Below are positions 11,519 through 23,511 of a stretch of DNA of 64,000 nucleotides, in pieces. The stretch spans positions 2,294,001 to 2,358,000 of the forward strand of contig JBNJNM010000011.1 in NCBI GenBank assembly GCA_052426225.1, given 5' to 3'. Under the pieces are notes generated by a model that was not told the origin of the DNA, made no database searches, and was given only the letters and a program-made list of their open reading frames with translations. The stretch comes from Zancudomyces culisetae HAW-14-8 (Eukaryota > Fungi > Kickxellomycota). The translations under genes and the position numbers were made by a program. Each line of letters opens with the position of its first letter. Position 1 is the stretch's first letter.

Positions 11519-12628
11519 TTACAAAACACCTGTCCAAAAGAAAAAGCACATTAGTGAAACAACAAAATAGCTACCCTTAACTTCTAAACGATTTGTAAAT
11601 GAAACAGCAACATCAACATCCTTAATGTTTGTATCTATCAGCCTTCCATTTGTGCTTATCTCTGATGCAGGCAAATCGGTGTTTTTTGAAATAAAGTCTA
11701 GATAATACCCTGCTCTTGTGTAATAACCCACACCGTTTGGATCTGCGCACTGGTATGTTTCACCATCCACCGTGTCTCCAAAACTTGTGACGCCAACAAG
11801 CCTCAAATTATCATAATTGTTCTGTTTATTGCTATTGAGCGGATCATCTTCTGTAGCTAATAATGGACCTCCTGAATCTCCAAAACAGGTATCTTTGCCC
11901 TTGTATGTTGGGCAGCAGATCTGGCCCGAGTTATTATCGGTAAAATTGTTCCACGGAAGTTTACACTGTGAAGAATCGCCTGTTTTTAGTACTACACCAC
12001 GCATTGTGTTTGGTATAACAAGACTATTATTTGCTGTCACACCCCATCCCACGGCCAACAAGTTGAGATTGTTTGATATCTCGGCTGATGCTATTTTTAT
12101 TGGTTTAACTGTAGACGAAAACTCAACCGGGTTTGCCAGCTTAATTAGTGCAATATCGTTTTCATAGTCAAATAAATTCAACTCTGGATGAACTACAACA
12201 GCGCTAGCACTTGCAATAGACATGCTCGCTTTACTTGGAGAGCCATATCCAATTGTAATCATTGACGGATCGGCAACCACATAGTTTATTTCGTTTTTGA
12301 GCATGGGTCGTTTGTAAAGCATCCTTTTATTGTTAGGCATTAACCCATTTACTAGAAAATCGGTTCTGTTTAGCTCTCCTTTTCTATCTCCATCAACAAT
12401 AACAAGACAGTGTGCCGCAGTAAGTATCCAGTCCTTGGATATTATAGAACCTCCGCACATTGCTACATTCTTTTTGTTGTATTTTAGCTTGATCAAAACT
12501 GAGAATGGATAATTGTTATCTTGTATTGTTACTCCTCCCACTATTCTCGAGTTTCCGTTGTTCGTGGTATCTCCTTTACTCCCCATGAAGAGACTTATAA
12601 ATATCAATAGTGCTAGATACAGTTTCAT
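11519..12628 (-). CDS. Secreted trypsin-like serine protease (S1A) with hydrophobic C-terminus (probable GPI signal)
   Basis: Signal peptide, short pro-peptide ending SR|IVGG, CGGS, LTAAHC, NDIAL, DTCFGDSGGP (Asp189), VTSFG, GYYT. C-terminal SYFVVSLMCFFFWTGVL. Confidence 0.93.
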   Translation of the reverse strand: MKLYLALLIFISLFMGSKGDTTNNGNSRIVGGVTIQDNNYPFSVLIKLKYNKKNVAMCGGSIISKDWILTAAHCLVIVDGDRKGELNRTDFLVNGLMPNNKRMLYKRPMLKNEINYVVADPSMITIGYGSPSKASMSIASASAVVVHPELNLFDYENDIALIKLANPVEFSSTVKPIKIASAEISNNLNLLAVGWGVTANNSLVIPNTMRGVVLKTGDSSQCKLPWNNFTDNNSGQICCPTYKGKDTCFGDSGGPLLATEDDPLNSNKQNNYDNLRLVGVTSFGDTVDGETYQCADPNGVGYYTRAGYYLDFISKNTDLPASEISTNGRLIDTNIKDVDVAVSFTNRLEVKGSYFVVSLMCFFFWTGVL

Positions 12629-13924
12629 TGTGGGTTGGCTTATTTTATATACAATATGCTACAGTTTTTAAAAAATAAAGATAATATTAATAACAACAAC
12701 AATAATAAAACTAGCAAGTACACATGAATATATATCCTTTTTGGTTAAGCTGTCTACATAAAAAAATTTGTCTTTATATAAAGTATACATCACGCCTATC
12801 CCACAGTAGGCCAGCTTCACTACTGAGTCGGTTCTATTCACTCTGGCTACTTTCCAAAAGATACATGTAGAGAAAACCGCATTATTTTTCACGACTTTCA
12901 AAGTTAGTTTCTCCACACTTTGGAGAGAAATCTCTTACAGCCCGAGCCCCGTTCTAAAAGGCAAAACGGGAAACAGCCATAGGCTAGACAAAAAACCTCT
13001 CCAACTCTTTCTAGATTCCCCGTTTTTATCCTCTAAACTCGCTCACTCCTCTCCTTTTCTCTGAGCTTTGTTAGAACAGTTCGAACTTTTCTGAAGCGCA
13101 CAAAAGTCCAGAATTTTTCTTTACAAAAGCTAAAAAAAACCCAAACTCTGGCTGTTCCACCCACTTAACGCGAAATATTAATTTTTTACAAAGCCCAGAT
13201 CCTGTATACACACACTCTCCTCTTTTATGACTACTACCGAGGGTTATGCAAAAAGCTAAAGGATCAATCGGTATGTCCTAGAACAAAGATTTAGAACTTT
13301 ACCCCTTCACACTTCCAGTACAAGGCCACAACTTTTTTTTTAGCTAGTAGTACATACAAAAAAGAAAAACTAAACGGTCTCGGTGCTAGCCTAGCCCATG
13401 AGGCTCTGATTTTTCTACCATTTATAATCATTTTTATCATTAATATTATATTTTTTAAAAGTGCGAATTCTTTGAGTGTTGAAAAAAAGTAAAGGACCAA
13501 AAAACGTCAACTTCAATACACAAGACACGTTTTATAAAATAAAAAAATAATCACATAGCTAAACCACAAGCTGGAGTCGTTTTCAGGACAAGTTTTAGCC
13601 ACTACCAAACTATTGTGTAAAAAGGTTAATTTTTATTTTCACCTGCATAATGTGTTTAGATTCTTTCCAATATACGGTTAGTATGTATCCACAACAGGAA
13701 AAAAGGGAGAACGATTTGTTGGAGATACACATACTGGCAACAGGATTAGCTACTTCGAGTTCCTGGCTCAGCTGTGTAATTTCATAAAAACACTACACTA
13801 CTTTATTATTATCTTACACAAACTCTATTTCTTGTAAACAAGAATCAATATTAACTATCCTGCTAACCATCCGAAAAAGTATCAAAATCAAAATGTCAGC
13901 AAACGTGCTACTTTGGTAATTTGT

Positions 13925-13948
13925 ATGATGATGATGATGATGATGATG
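13925..13948. repeat. (ATG)8 microsatellite just 3' of the pacifastin-like gene
   Basis: Read directly: atg x8. Confidence 0.9.
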
Positions 13949-13957
13949 TAAAACAGT

Positions 13958-14365
13958 CTATCTCGGCGGTAAATGTATTTTTGTGGTATTAAATAAATTG
14001 AACTTGGGACAAAAGATCCGCGTACAACTGACCGAGCCATTGGGCGTACACCAGCATCTGTTACATGTATGTATTGGGTGTCTGAATGTTGCGTGACCGT
14101 TGTGTTTCCTCACACACCGCAAATACGCCTCGGTCGGATTTGATTCTGTACTCTTGTTTACCTGCTGCGTATCGTTACTCGTTTTTGTGTTTGACAGATC
14201 GTATGATTTGACACTATCTTCTCTCGTAGAATTATTGTTCTTTGAATGGCTGATTTCACGAGGTTTCTTTTCGCCTACAATTCCTGTTGAGTATGCCATT
14301 ACTATTAGTACAAGTGTCGCTATAAAAAACACCACCACGTTGCAGTGGTAAAGTCGACCCGACAT
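13958..14365 (-). CDS. Small secreted protein with a pacifastin-like (I19) six-cysteine serine-protease-inhibitor domain, 135 aa
   Basis: ATG 14365, hydrophobic signal (VVVFFIATLVLIVMAYS), N/S/T-rich linker, then C-x16-CNRCWCTPNGSVSCTRIFCP, matching C-xn-C-N-x-C-x-C-x2-3-G-x3-6-C-T-x3-C. Confidence 0.8.
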   Translation of the reverse strand: MSGRLYHCNVVVFFIATLVLIVMAYSTGIVGEKKPREISHSKNNNSTREDSVKSYDLSNTKTSNDTQQVNKSTESNPTEAYLRCVRKHNGHATFRHPIHTCNRCWCTPNGSVSCTRIFCPKFNLFNTTKIHLPPR

Positions 14366-16320
14366 GATTAGTGCAAGAGTGTGTTGCAAATGTGTTTATC
14401 GCTTTTTCGCTTTTTTTGAAGGGAAGGTGAACTTTTTCTAGGGTTTATGCACTTTTGAAAGTTATAGTTTAATCGCCATTTATTTTAGTTCTGGAAAAAT
14501 AAAAGCTTTTATATTAAAGTTTTATTCTGTCAGCAAAAAATATATGTGTAACAAATGAGCATAATGGATAAAAACTATGCTTGTTGTTTCTAGGTATCCA
14601 TTTTGGAATAAAAGAGGATCAGCACAGTAATTGTGAATAGTGCTGAGCTTCTTTTTGCGGGTTAAATTATCAAACAATTGCTTTTGTTATTTCCGGCTGC
14701 CCATTATGATTACCACTATGAAGCACCAAAAAATGAAAAAAAATCCAGAATACCCAGCCCCTTTCCAATGGCAGTGAAGCCCGAAAACAGGAGACTTACG
14801 CAAGAGGTTTTGCTTGGGTTGACTTTAGGCACAGTGCAAATATCCCCTTCTTGCTGGAAGTTATATTTGCTATAAGCCGGGTCTGCGTTTATTCCATATC
14901 TCAGTACATTTTTGGCTCCACAGGCAATAATCTAGCACCATGATATTTATAGTATAAAAATAGCCTTAATATAGTTTAGACCCATTTTTTTGGTGCTACA
15001 TAGGTTCAATTGTAGCTCCTTAAAGAATAAATTGTGTACAATTGTTACAATAATTGCTGATTAAAACAGTGTTATTACGCATTTGCCTGGTGCATTTTTC
15101 TTAATCGTAGACTAAAATGGTACCAAACTCCCCTACATTCTCTCTTTTTTTACATGTGAATAGCCATTATCCAGCTCACCTGAAATGGCTTTTGTGTTTT
15201 AATAATTATTAGGGAAACAATGCAATCCAAAAAAGTCTTTATGGTAGGTATTAGGATACTAGATCGCCACAATTAATGAATAAATTAACAGCTAAACCAA
15301 CAAACAGGTGGCTAATAAAACAATTAAAACAGATTTATTCTTGTAGTTGGTACTCTGAGTCTCTCCCTCCCTTTGGCTAGGATATATGTTAGTTTCTTTT
15401 TTTCTTCCTGTGTAAGTAACACACTTTCAGAGTTGGTACGACATGCACTACTAAATCAACAAAAACTGCGCATTAAAAGTAAACGCTAGTATATTTTATT
15501 AGTTCAACAGCAGTGTTGGTGCCAACTTTTTTTTCTAGCACAAAGTTTTTCTTCTGGTATCCATTTCCATGGTTACTACTCTCATTTTTATTACTTATAC
15601 CTTTTTTTTTTGAATAGAAAGGTATGAGAACGTATGTCTAAAACATAATTGTTAAGAGAATGACGATGAAGGTGTATAATCAGTACATAAATAACCATAT
15701 TTCTAGAATTGCGGGCTTCTCCATGTTAGTAATATGATGTATATATACGCAGTTTGGGGAGGGCCCACCCAGTCTTCGGAGTACCAATATCAATTTTACA
15801 AAAATAGTTGTATGAGCCAAACTAGAAATGGCTAATCCTCTTACTCCACATAAGTTTTAATGAACAAATTTATTAAGGGGTCAAAATTGCGAGAGCTAGA
15901 ACCGCTTATATTCTGTCGGATTGAATCAACCACTGAAGAGGGGGTGTCTAAGCTCAGAAATCAAAGATTCTAGAAATAAAAACAAATGATCATCCAGCGT
16001 GGTTGAGGGCCATTGAACGGATGGAGATTGGGCATTTTTTGATATTTTCTAAAATACATTTGCAGCCTCATATACTCCGGTTAATAAAGCAATGAGCTAA
16101 GTAATAGTAGTTGCAACTGCAACTTCAATCCCAAAGAAAATTGAAATAAATACAGCAAAAAGAGCATATTAAACTTGCCGTTCTATTCCTTCAACCTCGA
16201 CACAAAGTAGTCGCTTATAGTTTTGTTTGTACAAATGTTGTAAATACTGTTATTGTATCTCAATCGATTGTTGTTAATAATTAATCTGCTAATATCTAAA
16301 GTGTTTCATACACACAAAAA

Positions 16321-18765
16321 ATGAACAAGTTTCAAAGAATACCCACTGATCCTGATTCAAGTGATTTCACGGACCTTGGATCGCCAACCTCATCGGATGC
16401 TTGCAAAATAGGAATTAGCTATGCAAGCGAAAATAGTAGCCCAGAGGAACTAGCAACGCTTAGGTTTAACAATCAGCGTTTAATACCAAAGAGGTCAAAA
16501 AGAGCAAACGAGATTATACTGAACTACGAAGCTCAAAGCCCAAACAATGCCGCCACTAAAAATATGAAAAGTCAAAAAAAGTTTGATAATGTTCCGATAT
16601 CTGGTACGTTTTCCAACCAGAATACCCAAAGTGGTACAGGAGTCAGCAATACTAGTGCGGGAACCAAGTACGATATCATGAATACAAGTTGTAGCTCTTC
16701 AGACGACTCGGGTCAATTTAGCAACAGCGCTCTGAATTCGTTTGTGGAGCAAGGGCCGCATACATTATTCGATAGCTATAGTAAAGCAAGCGTGTTACCA
16801 AACGATTCTGGTGACAAACACAACTCTGTGTATTCTAAAATCAAGGTCGATCCCTTTGACACACCGCTCCTATTCCCAGAAGTGGCGCAAGAAAAGAGAG
16901 GACATAACTACGAAGACACCTTCAGTAAAGCCAAAGGATTTAATTGGTTAGGCATAAAGGTAGGGGATGGAGTCCCAGGAAAAGCCAGCTTTTTAGATTA
17001 TTTCGGTAGGCCGGAAAAGCCAAATCATGTAATACATAGTCCCATATGTAACGATTTGGGGTGCTCTCAATGTGCAATATATAGAGGCGATTCCACAGCA
17101 TATTACCAAGGAAATACTATGAACAATGGTTCATCTGGCCGTGATCTTTCAAAAAAAGGCGACGCTCCGGGTTTGCAAGAAAACACCGGGCTTTTTCCAG
17201 GATTTTTGAAAAGGAAATTATGGGGAGAAAAGTTGAAAACACTATCGAATAAAACAAAGCTTCTTCCAAAGAGGTTTTCAAGCTTTGGGTTTGGTGAAAA
17301 GCCTCGGTTGATGGGCAGTGATAGACATAGTGACGGTACGCCTACTGAGAGCAGAAAGAAGATTGGAAAAAAAATTGTGTTTATAAACTTTTTGCTTCAA
17401 GTTTTAACCACCAGTCTGTTTCTCTTCAACCTGATTAACATTTCAAACAAGATTGAGTTGGATAGTGTTCTGAGGTTGCGAAATAAGGCAATCTGGATAC
17501 CATCTTTTACCCCGCCAGTATTTTTTGCTGTTTTTGGTTTGACACACTTGTCAGCTGGGCGTTTTGGGTATTTTGTCACTGCGATTACCGGATATGTTTT
17601 GGTTTTGTTTGGAATTGTACTCGGGTTAAATGATCCCGATGGATTATATATGATTATTTCAAAGTTTTTTGTCGTCTCCGTAGGCTTGGTTTTGGTATAT
17701 ACATCATCACTGCTCGATATAATCATAACAAATTACAGAGTTAAGACATGGAAAAAGACAATGGTCATAGCCTCCTCTGGTGTGTTTGGAGCATTCACGT
17801 CACTCATATATTTGTTCTTTGCTGAAGTAAAAAAAGACACCTATCTGAAAAATATTATTGAAGCAATTCTTGCCATGGCATTACTAGTTGTTATCCTATT
17901 TGCTTATAAATATAACACCAAATTTGCCAACAAATTAAATGGAAACGCTAATAGAAAAAATATTCAGCAAAGTAGAAATGAGGGGATTGGGAGAACACAA
18001 GACCGCTACGAAAGTGTATTGACAGCAACTGAACAAAACGACAACGAGTTGGTAAGGAACAAGATCTTGATCAGGCCCAGCTCAATTTTTAGTAGCACTG
18101 ACGGGTTCAGACGAGATAGTTCGCGCAATATCGACGAAAAGATTCAAGCAGAACGCAGAGAGGTGGATGAGTACGTAGAAAGATCAAGGTACTTGATCAA
18201 ATACTTTGTCGCTGCCACTACAGTGTACTGTTGTGGATTATACCTATTGTATATAAAGATAGCATTCTACAAACCGATATATTTGGCGCTAACAGGTGTG
18301 TCGGCAGTGCTTCTAACAACGCTGATATCCGCTACGTTAGTACTCTTAAGCTTTACACTCACATTTTTGAAACACATCGAGATTATTGCACTCGATGGCT
18401 TGGTATTATCGCTAGCCGCATTTTTGAGTCTGATAGACTCTGAAAATGGACTTCTTACCCTAGCGTATGCCTACATTCTGGGGGTTTCGATGGCGATCTG
18501 GTTGATGTTTACCCCAAAGACAATATTAAAAATATTCAAGGCCAAACAAATTTATTATGTAGGTGGAATATCATACCTGACATCTGCAATACTCATGTCC
18601 ATATGTGGAGTTGTGAATGTCTATCTGGTCTCCACAAACACATGGAAAATGATAGCGGCGATCGTGTCTGGATTATTATTTATTATGGGAGGTGGACTCA
18701 TGATAGTCACCAAGATCAGAAGTAATATGAAAAAACCAGAGATATGGATAGGGGTAGAACAATAA
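16321..18765 (+). CDS. Divergent MFS-fold transporter (12 TM, 6+6), possibly monocarboxylate-transporter-like, with a ~350 aa disordered N-terminus
   Basis: 814 aa single ORF. Twelve hydrophobic segments in two blocks of six, separated by a charged loop. No strong family motif recognised. Confidence 0.7.
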   Translation: MNKFQRIPTDPDSSDFTDLGSPTSSDACKIGISYASENSSPEELATLRFNNQRLIPKRSKRANEIILNYEAQSPNNAATKNMKSQKKFDNVPISGTFSNQNTQSGTGVSNTSAGTKYDIMNTSCSSSDDSGQFSNSALNSFVEQGPHTLFDSYSKASVLPNDSGDKHNSVYSKIKVDPFDTPLLFPEVAQEKRGHNYEDTFSKAKGFNWLGIKVGDGVPGKASFLDYFGRPEKPNHVIHSPICNDLGCSQCAIYRGDSTAYYQGNTMNNGSSGRDLSKKGDAPGLQENTGLFPGFLKRKLWGEKLKTLSNKTKLLPKRFSSFGFGEKPRLMGSDRHSDGTPTESRKKIGKKIVFINFLLQVLTTSLFLFNLINISNKIELDSVLRLRNKAIWIPSFTPPVFFAVFGLTHLSAGRFGYFVTAITGYVLVLFGIVLGLNDPDGLYMIISKFFVVSVGLVLVYTSSLLDIIITNYRVKTWKKTMVIASSGVFGAFTSLIYLFFAEVKKDTYLKNIIEAILAMALLVVILFAYKYNTKFANKLNGNANRKNIQQSRNEGIGRTQDRYESVLTATEQNDNELVRNKILIRPSSIFSSTDGFRRDSSRNIDEKIQAERREVDEYVERSRYLIKYFVAATTVYCCGLYLLYIKIAFYKPIYLALTGVSAVLLTTLISATLVLLSFTLTFLKHIEIIALDGLVLSLAAFLSLIDSENGLLTLAYAYILGVSMAIWLMFTPKTILKIFKAKQIYYVGGISYLTSAILMSICGVVNVYLVSTNTWKMIAAIVSGLLFIMGGGLMIVTKIRSNMKKPEIWIGVEQ

Positions 18766-19022
18766 AACTACTTTTCTAAGTTTGTCTTTTTACCATTTAC
18801 GTTTTACTTTTTAGTCGAATTAATCTTTCTTGACTGTTTTTGTTTATAGATTTGTTAAATCAATACCCGATTTTTGTGACAAAATGTTGCAATCTTATAC
18901 AAAGATCAATAGTTACAATAGAAACACGCTATAGTTATTTGAAATTCCAGTAGCTCGCTTGGATGAAAAGAATTCTCACAGAAAGTGCTTTAAAATCACC
19001 TATTAGCATGCAAGAAGGCCTG

Positions 19023-21341
19023 CTATTTCAACATTTTGCCTAAAATTGCAGATAAAAGCTGAGGTTTTGCAGTGCCGTTGGATTTTTTAATTGCCTGGCT
19101 GATAAGAAACCCTAAAACCTTCTTGTTGTTTGTTTCACGGAATCTTTTGACTTCAACAGGGTGTTCAAGAACTACCTGGTTGCACAGGGAGGCTAAATGT
19201 ACCTCGTCAGCTTCGACAACCCAATTTTTGGCCTTTGCAATCTCTAAGGGTGCTCTATTATCACCACGAAATATTTCAGCCAATATGTTTTTCCCCATGT
19301 TTGTAGTGATTTTAGAGGCAGTTATGGCATGTATAATCTCAGATAGTCCTTCGGGCGTTATTGGAAGCGGTTCAGAAAAGCAAAGCTTTTGTAGCTTTAC
19401 CAGGCCAAATAGTTCGCCAGTAATCCTTTATACACACATTTTAGACACAAACAAGCGTGAGTGATTCATCAAACAAACAAAAAATAGAGTACAAGAAAAA
19501 TATGCAGACTTTACCATTTAATTGCGTCTCTGGGCTTCACATCGTACTCCAGTATTTTATCAAAGAACTTCACACTCTCGGCTTCTACAAATAACACATC
19601 CACATCGTGATGTGTGAGACCGTACTGGGTCGTTAGCCGGCTACGGATCGCATCAGGCAGTTCAGGAATTTCATTGCGTATGCTACGTACCCAGCCATCA
19701 GATAGTACAACTCGTGGGATATTGGCATCTCGAATAAATCTATTATTTGAATATATATTATCTTTTGTTACCATCCCTGAAAAGACAATCAACGCCGTAA
19801 GAACATATTCTGGTAAATTATCAAAACCAGAAAACGTACCTGTAGTCGGGGGCAGCTTCTTTATTCCTGCTCATTTTCGTTGTCCTGGTGTAAATATCGT
19901 AGTTTCTAGTTTCTTGAGTCACTTTCATACCATCTTTCAGAATTTGCGCCTGCCGTTCTATTTCGTGATCTATTGCTCCAACTACCGATTTGATAGAATT
20001 CAAATTCTTTATTTCACATCGAGTACCTGATGTCAAATATTTCTCGCGCTCGAGGGATTGCATTTCTGCCATATCTAACTGTGGGACAATAGAAATATTA
20101 ACATCACACCTTAGGGATCCCTCTTCCATCAGCGCCTTTGATCCACCAACCAGTTGCAAGAGCTGTATGATGTTTTTTAAAAAAAGCCCAGCCTCTTTTG
20201 AATTCCTATTTAGGGCACTAACTTTAAGCAACTTTTCCTCCCTTTTTTTATGACAGGTAGTAAATTCGACCACACCAAGCAAAGAAAAAGATAGAGTAAA
20301 CTGTACCTGATGTCTGGCTTTGTGATTATTTCCATTAAACCTACACCCGATCTATTATAGTCTATTAACCCACAGCCTTCAACTGCATCGTTTATTGTCT
20401 TTGCAGTATCCTGTTGACATATATATTGATGTTTATACCATATTATACAAATTATAATGCAAATAATAAATCATATCCACAAGATTTTTTCCAAGCCTAG
20501 CTGTATCAATTGTGCATACAAAATATAAAATATAAAATATAAAATTGCTGTGTTACCTGTTCGATTTGTATCTGGTGGATTCTAATGCTACGTGGTTCAT
20601 ACGTTTTTGTATCGGGATAAATGTTCACGTATCCCCCTCTTCCGATGGGCGCTAATAAAAACAAGTAAATACAGTCATCTTTCTGTAGATGTTCAAAGTA
20701 TATGTGCTTATTTAATAAACAGTTTTGTTACCTCGTTGTTGAGTAATTTGATAACCAAGGGGTTGATCGTGATAAAAATAGTGTTTCCTTTCAAAAAATG
20801 AAACTTTTTGAACAGTTCCATTCAACGCAAGCACCGTTTTTGCCGATTTTTTCAAGGCCTCCTTATTCAAAACCTATGGTTTGATCCGATCAGTTAGTAT
20901 TTAATTTCAACACATCTCACATGTATTATATGGTGTATACTGTAAAGGCATATTAAATGTATGAATTTACAGGTAGAGCTCCTGGAATCGCCAGATCGAG
21001 AGGCTTTATTTGACTGTTCTCGCTTTGGTCCCATTCGGTATTAGCACCTTTAAAATATAGAGTCCGTTAGTATGGCTAAAAAATAAATAAATAAGGTATA
21101 TGTACATGTGTATACCTTGCACTATAAGCTCCAGTACAAGTGCTATTTTACTGCTAGTTACTAGTGAGTTAAAGTACTTACTTGAGAACAGTTTATTTTT
21201 ACAGTGAATTTGTGCATGAATTTCCAACCCAATAACTGGTATGTATTTGCTAGTTATACCTGCGTTCTCGGCTTCGAGCGTGTAGTTTCTAGCGAGAAGG
21301 TGAAAAAATGGTTTGACTCTCCGTGGCCTATACGGTCTCAT
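19023..21341 (-). CDS. PET112: Mitochondrial Glu-tRNA(Gln) amidotransferase subunit B, 8 exons
   Basis: Exons 21341-21182, 21047-20971, 20873-20732, 20651-20557, 20410-20307, 20205-19840, 19739-19515 and 19425-19023 give one frame. Motifs [45 protein letters not shown] and IPELPD. Confidence 0.93.
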
Positions 21342-22267
21342 TTTATTATTGTGTTTGTTCTCTGTTGAATTGGTTATATGCTAAAGCAAGTACTCTCAAA
21401 ATCAGGAACAGATATCATTTATTCGTTTTGGATGTTTGCAACTGTTTTAGTTACCTAAACCAAACAGATTGATGTTGATAAAAAAAATTATCAAGATCCG
21501 CCTTTTTCAATTAACACCATTGGTTCAAAGTGAACCAAGACTTGCACCCTTAAAGCACTAATTTTCAGCAAGAAAAACGAACTGAGGACAAGATTTGGAG
21601 ATCCTGGGCTCAGAGTTTTCGCCTTTAAGCTCCAATTGAATCCATGTGCTTTTAGCTGAGATTCAGGGATAAAAGATCCTGTAACTACACTTGATTGATG
21701 GCAGTAGTAGACATCAAGTACCAAAGCACAAACATGCCAACTAAGGCTGCTCAAGTTAACTCAACCCCTACTAAAAATCAATGCGAGAACAAAAAAGAAA
21801 CTAATTTCACAATCACAGCTGGTCTAAAAGCCAATCCTTATTCGATTTCTCCGAACCACAAATTACATCCAAGATAAGATAATTCAGTCAATAATGATTC
21901 GAATCACCAACCCATTTTCCTAAATTGAAATATGAAAAAGGAAAAAGCAGGATTGCATATGGAAGTTGGAGCACCAAAAAAGTTGAAATTCACAATACCA
22001 GCAAATACCTTGGGAAAAAAAACATCCCATCAACTCCTCCGCTCATCCACTCGTCCACTCGCCCACTCATCTCATTTTCCCTCCGCTTTTGCGTATGTTT
22101 CATCTTGTATCTTAGAAAATATTTGCCAAACTCATCTTTATAAAGGAATAACCATCACTACCACAAAAAAAAGACTCTACTAATCAACCGCTTTAAAGTT
22201 GAACCGACTATTTTACCGATTTCATACTTTACAGCCACATATATTCCGATTAGATATACAAGAAACA

Positions 22268-23511
22268 ATGTTAACAATTACTTTTCCAGCCTTGAAGAAC
22301 GATCTGATCTTGAGGGTGCTTAAAGGAGAAAATACCGAGAGAGCTCCTGTTTGGTGTATGAGACAAGCGGGTCGCTACCTACCAGGTAAATACTAGCAGC
22401 CATACATATGAATATTTTTTTGTGGGTTCTCAATGTGACTCTAAAATTGAGAAATGTACAAGAAACAAAATGATAGAGACTATAATTCAAAGCGCTAATT
22501 TTTTTACTGGTCATAACTAACTAAGAATTTAGGGAGATGAGGACCATGAATGAATTTTTCAAGGTTTGTAGGACCCCGGAGCTAGCAGCGGAAGTTACCC
22601 TTCAGCCAATGAGGAGATATAACGGGTTACTCGATGCATCAATTATTTTTAGCGATATCCTTGTTGTTCCTCAGGCAATGGGATTGGAAGTACAAATGAT
22701 CAAGGGAAAGGGACCACACTTCCCTGAGCCTTTAGATACTCCTAAAGATATGGCGCGACTTGTCGATATGGAATCAGGGTACAACGTGGATGATAAGCTT
22801 GGGTACGTATATGAAGCCATCACGCTCACACGGAAACTTCTCGATGGCCAGGCGCCGCTATTTGGCTTTATAGGTGCTCCATGGACTTTGATGGCGTATA
22901 TGGTTGAAGGTGGAGGTAGCAAGACATTTGAGCGCTCAAAGAAATGGTTGTACCTATATCCAAAAGAGTCACACGAGCTCTTGGACAGAATTACCACAGT
23001 CTCGATAGAATTTTTGAAGGGTCAAGTTAGAGCAGGTGCACAATTGGTACAAGTGTTCGATTCATGGGCTGGGGTTCTCTCACCAGAAGACTTTATGGAG
23101 TTTAGCTTTCCTTACATGAAAAGAATAGCGAAAGAGCTCAAAAATGCATATCCCGAAATCCCAACAGTTGCATTCCCAAAGGGACTGCACGAGCCTGAAC
23201 TAGAGGCCATGGCGTTGGATACAGAGTATACAGCCCTTTCTATAGATTGGACACTAGACCCTGAGAAGGTTATAGATAGCCTGGGCGAAAAAATGAAGGC
23301 AGCGGGTAGAACTCTGGTTCTCCAGGGCAATCTTGATCCCACTGTTTTGTTTGCAGAACCAGAGGTTATTGCACGCAGAGTTGAGGTTATGTGTAAAAAG
23401 TTTAAAAAGTGCCAGCATATTGCCAATCTTGGGCATGGAATGATGCCAGGACATGATCCTGAGCACTTGAGAGTATTTTTGGAGGCGGTGCACAAGTACA
23501 GCAAAGTCTAA
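22268..23511 (+). CDS. HEM12: Uroporphyrinogen decarboxylase, 2 exons
   Basis: Exon 1 22268-22386 ([24 protein letters not shown]), intron, exon 2 22526-23511 ([28 protein letters not shown]). Confidence 0.96.
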
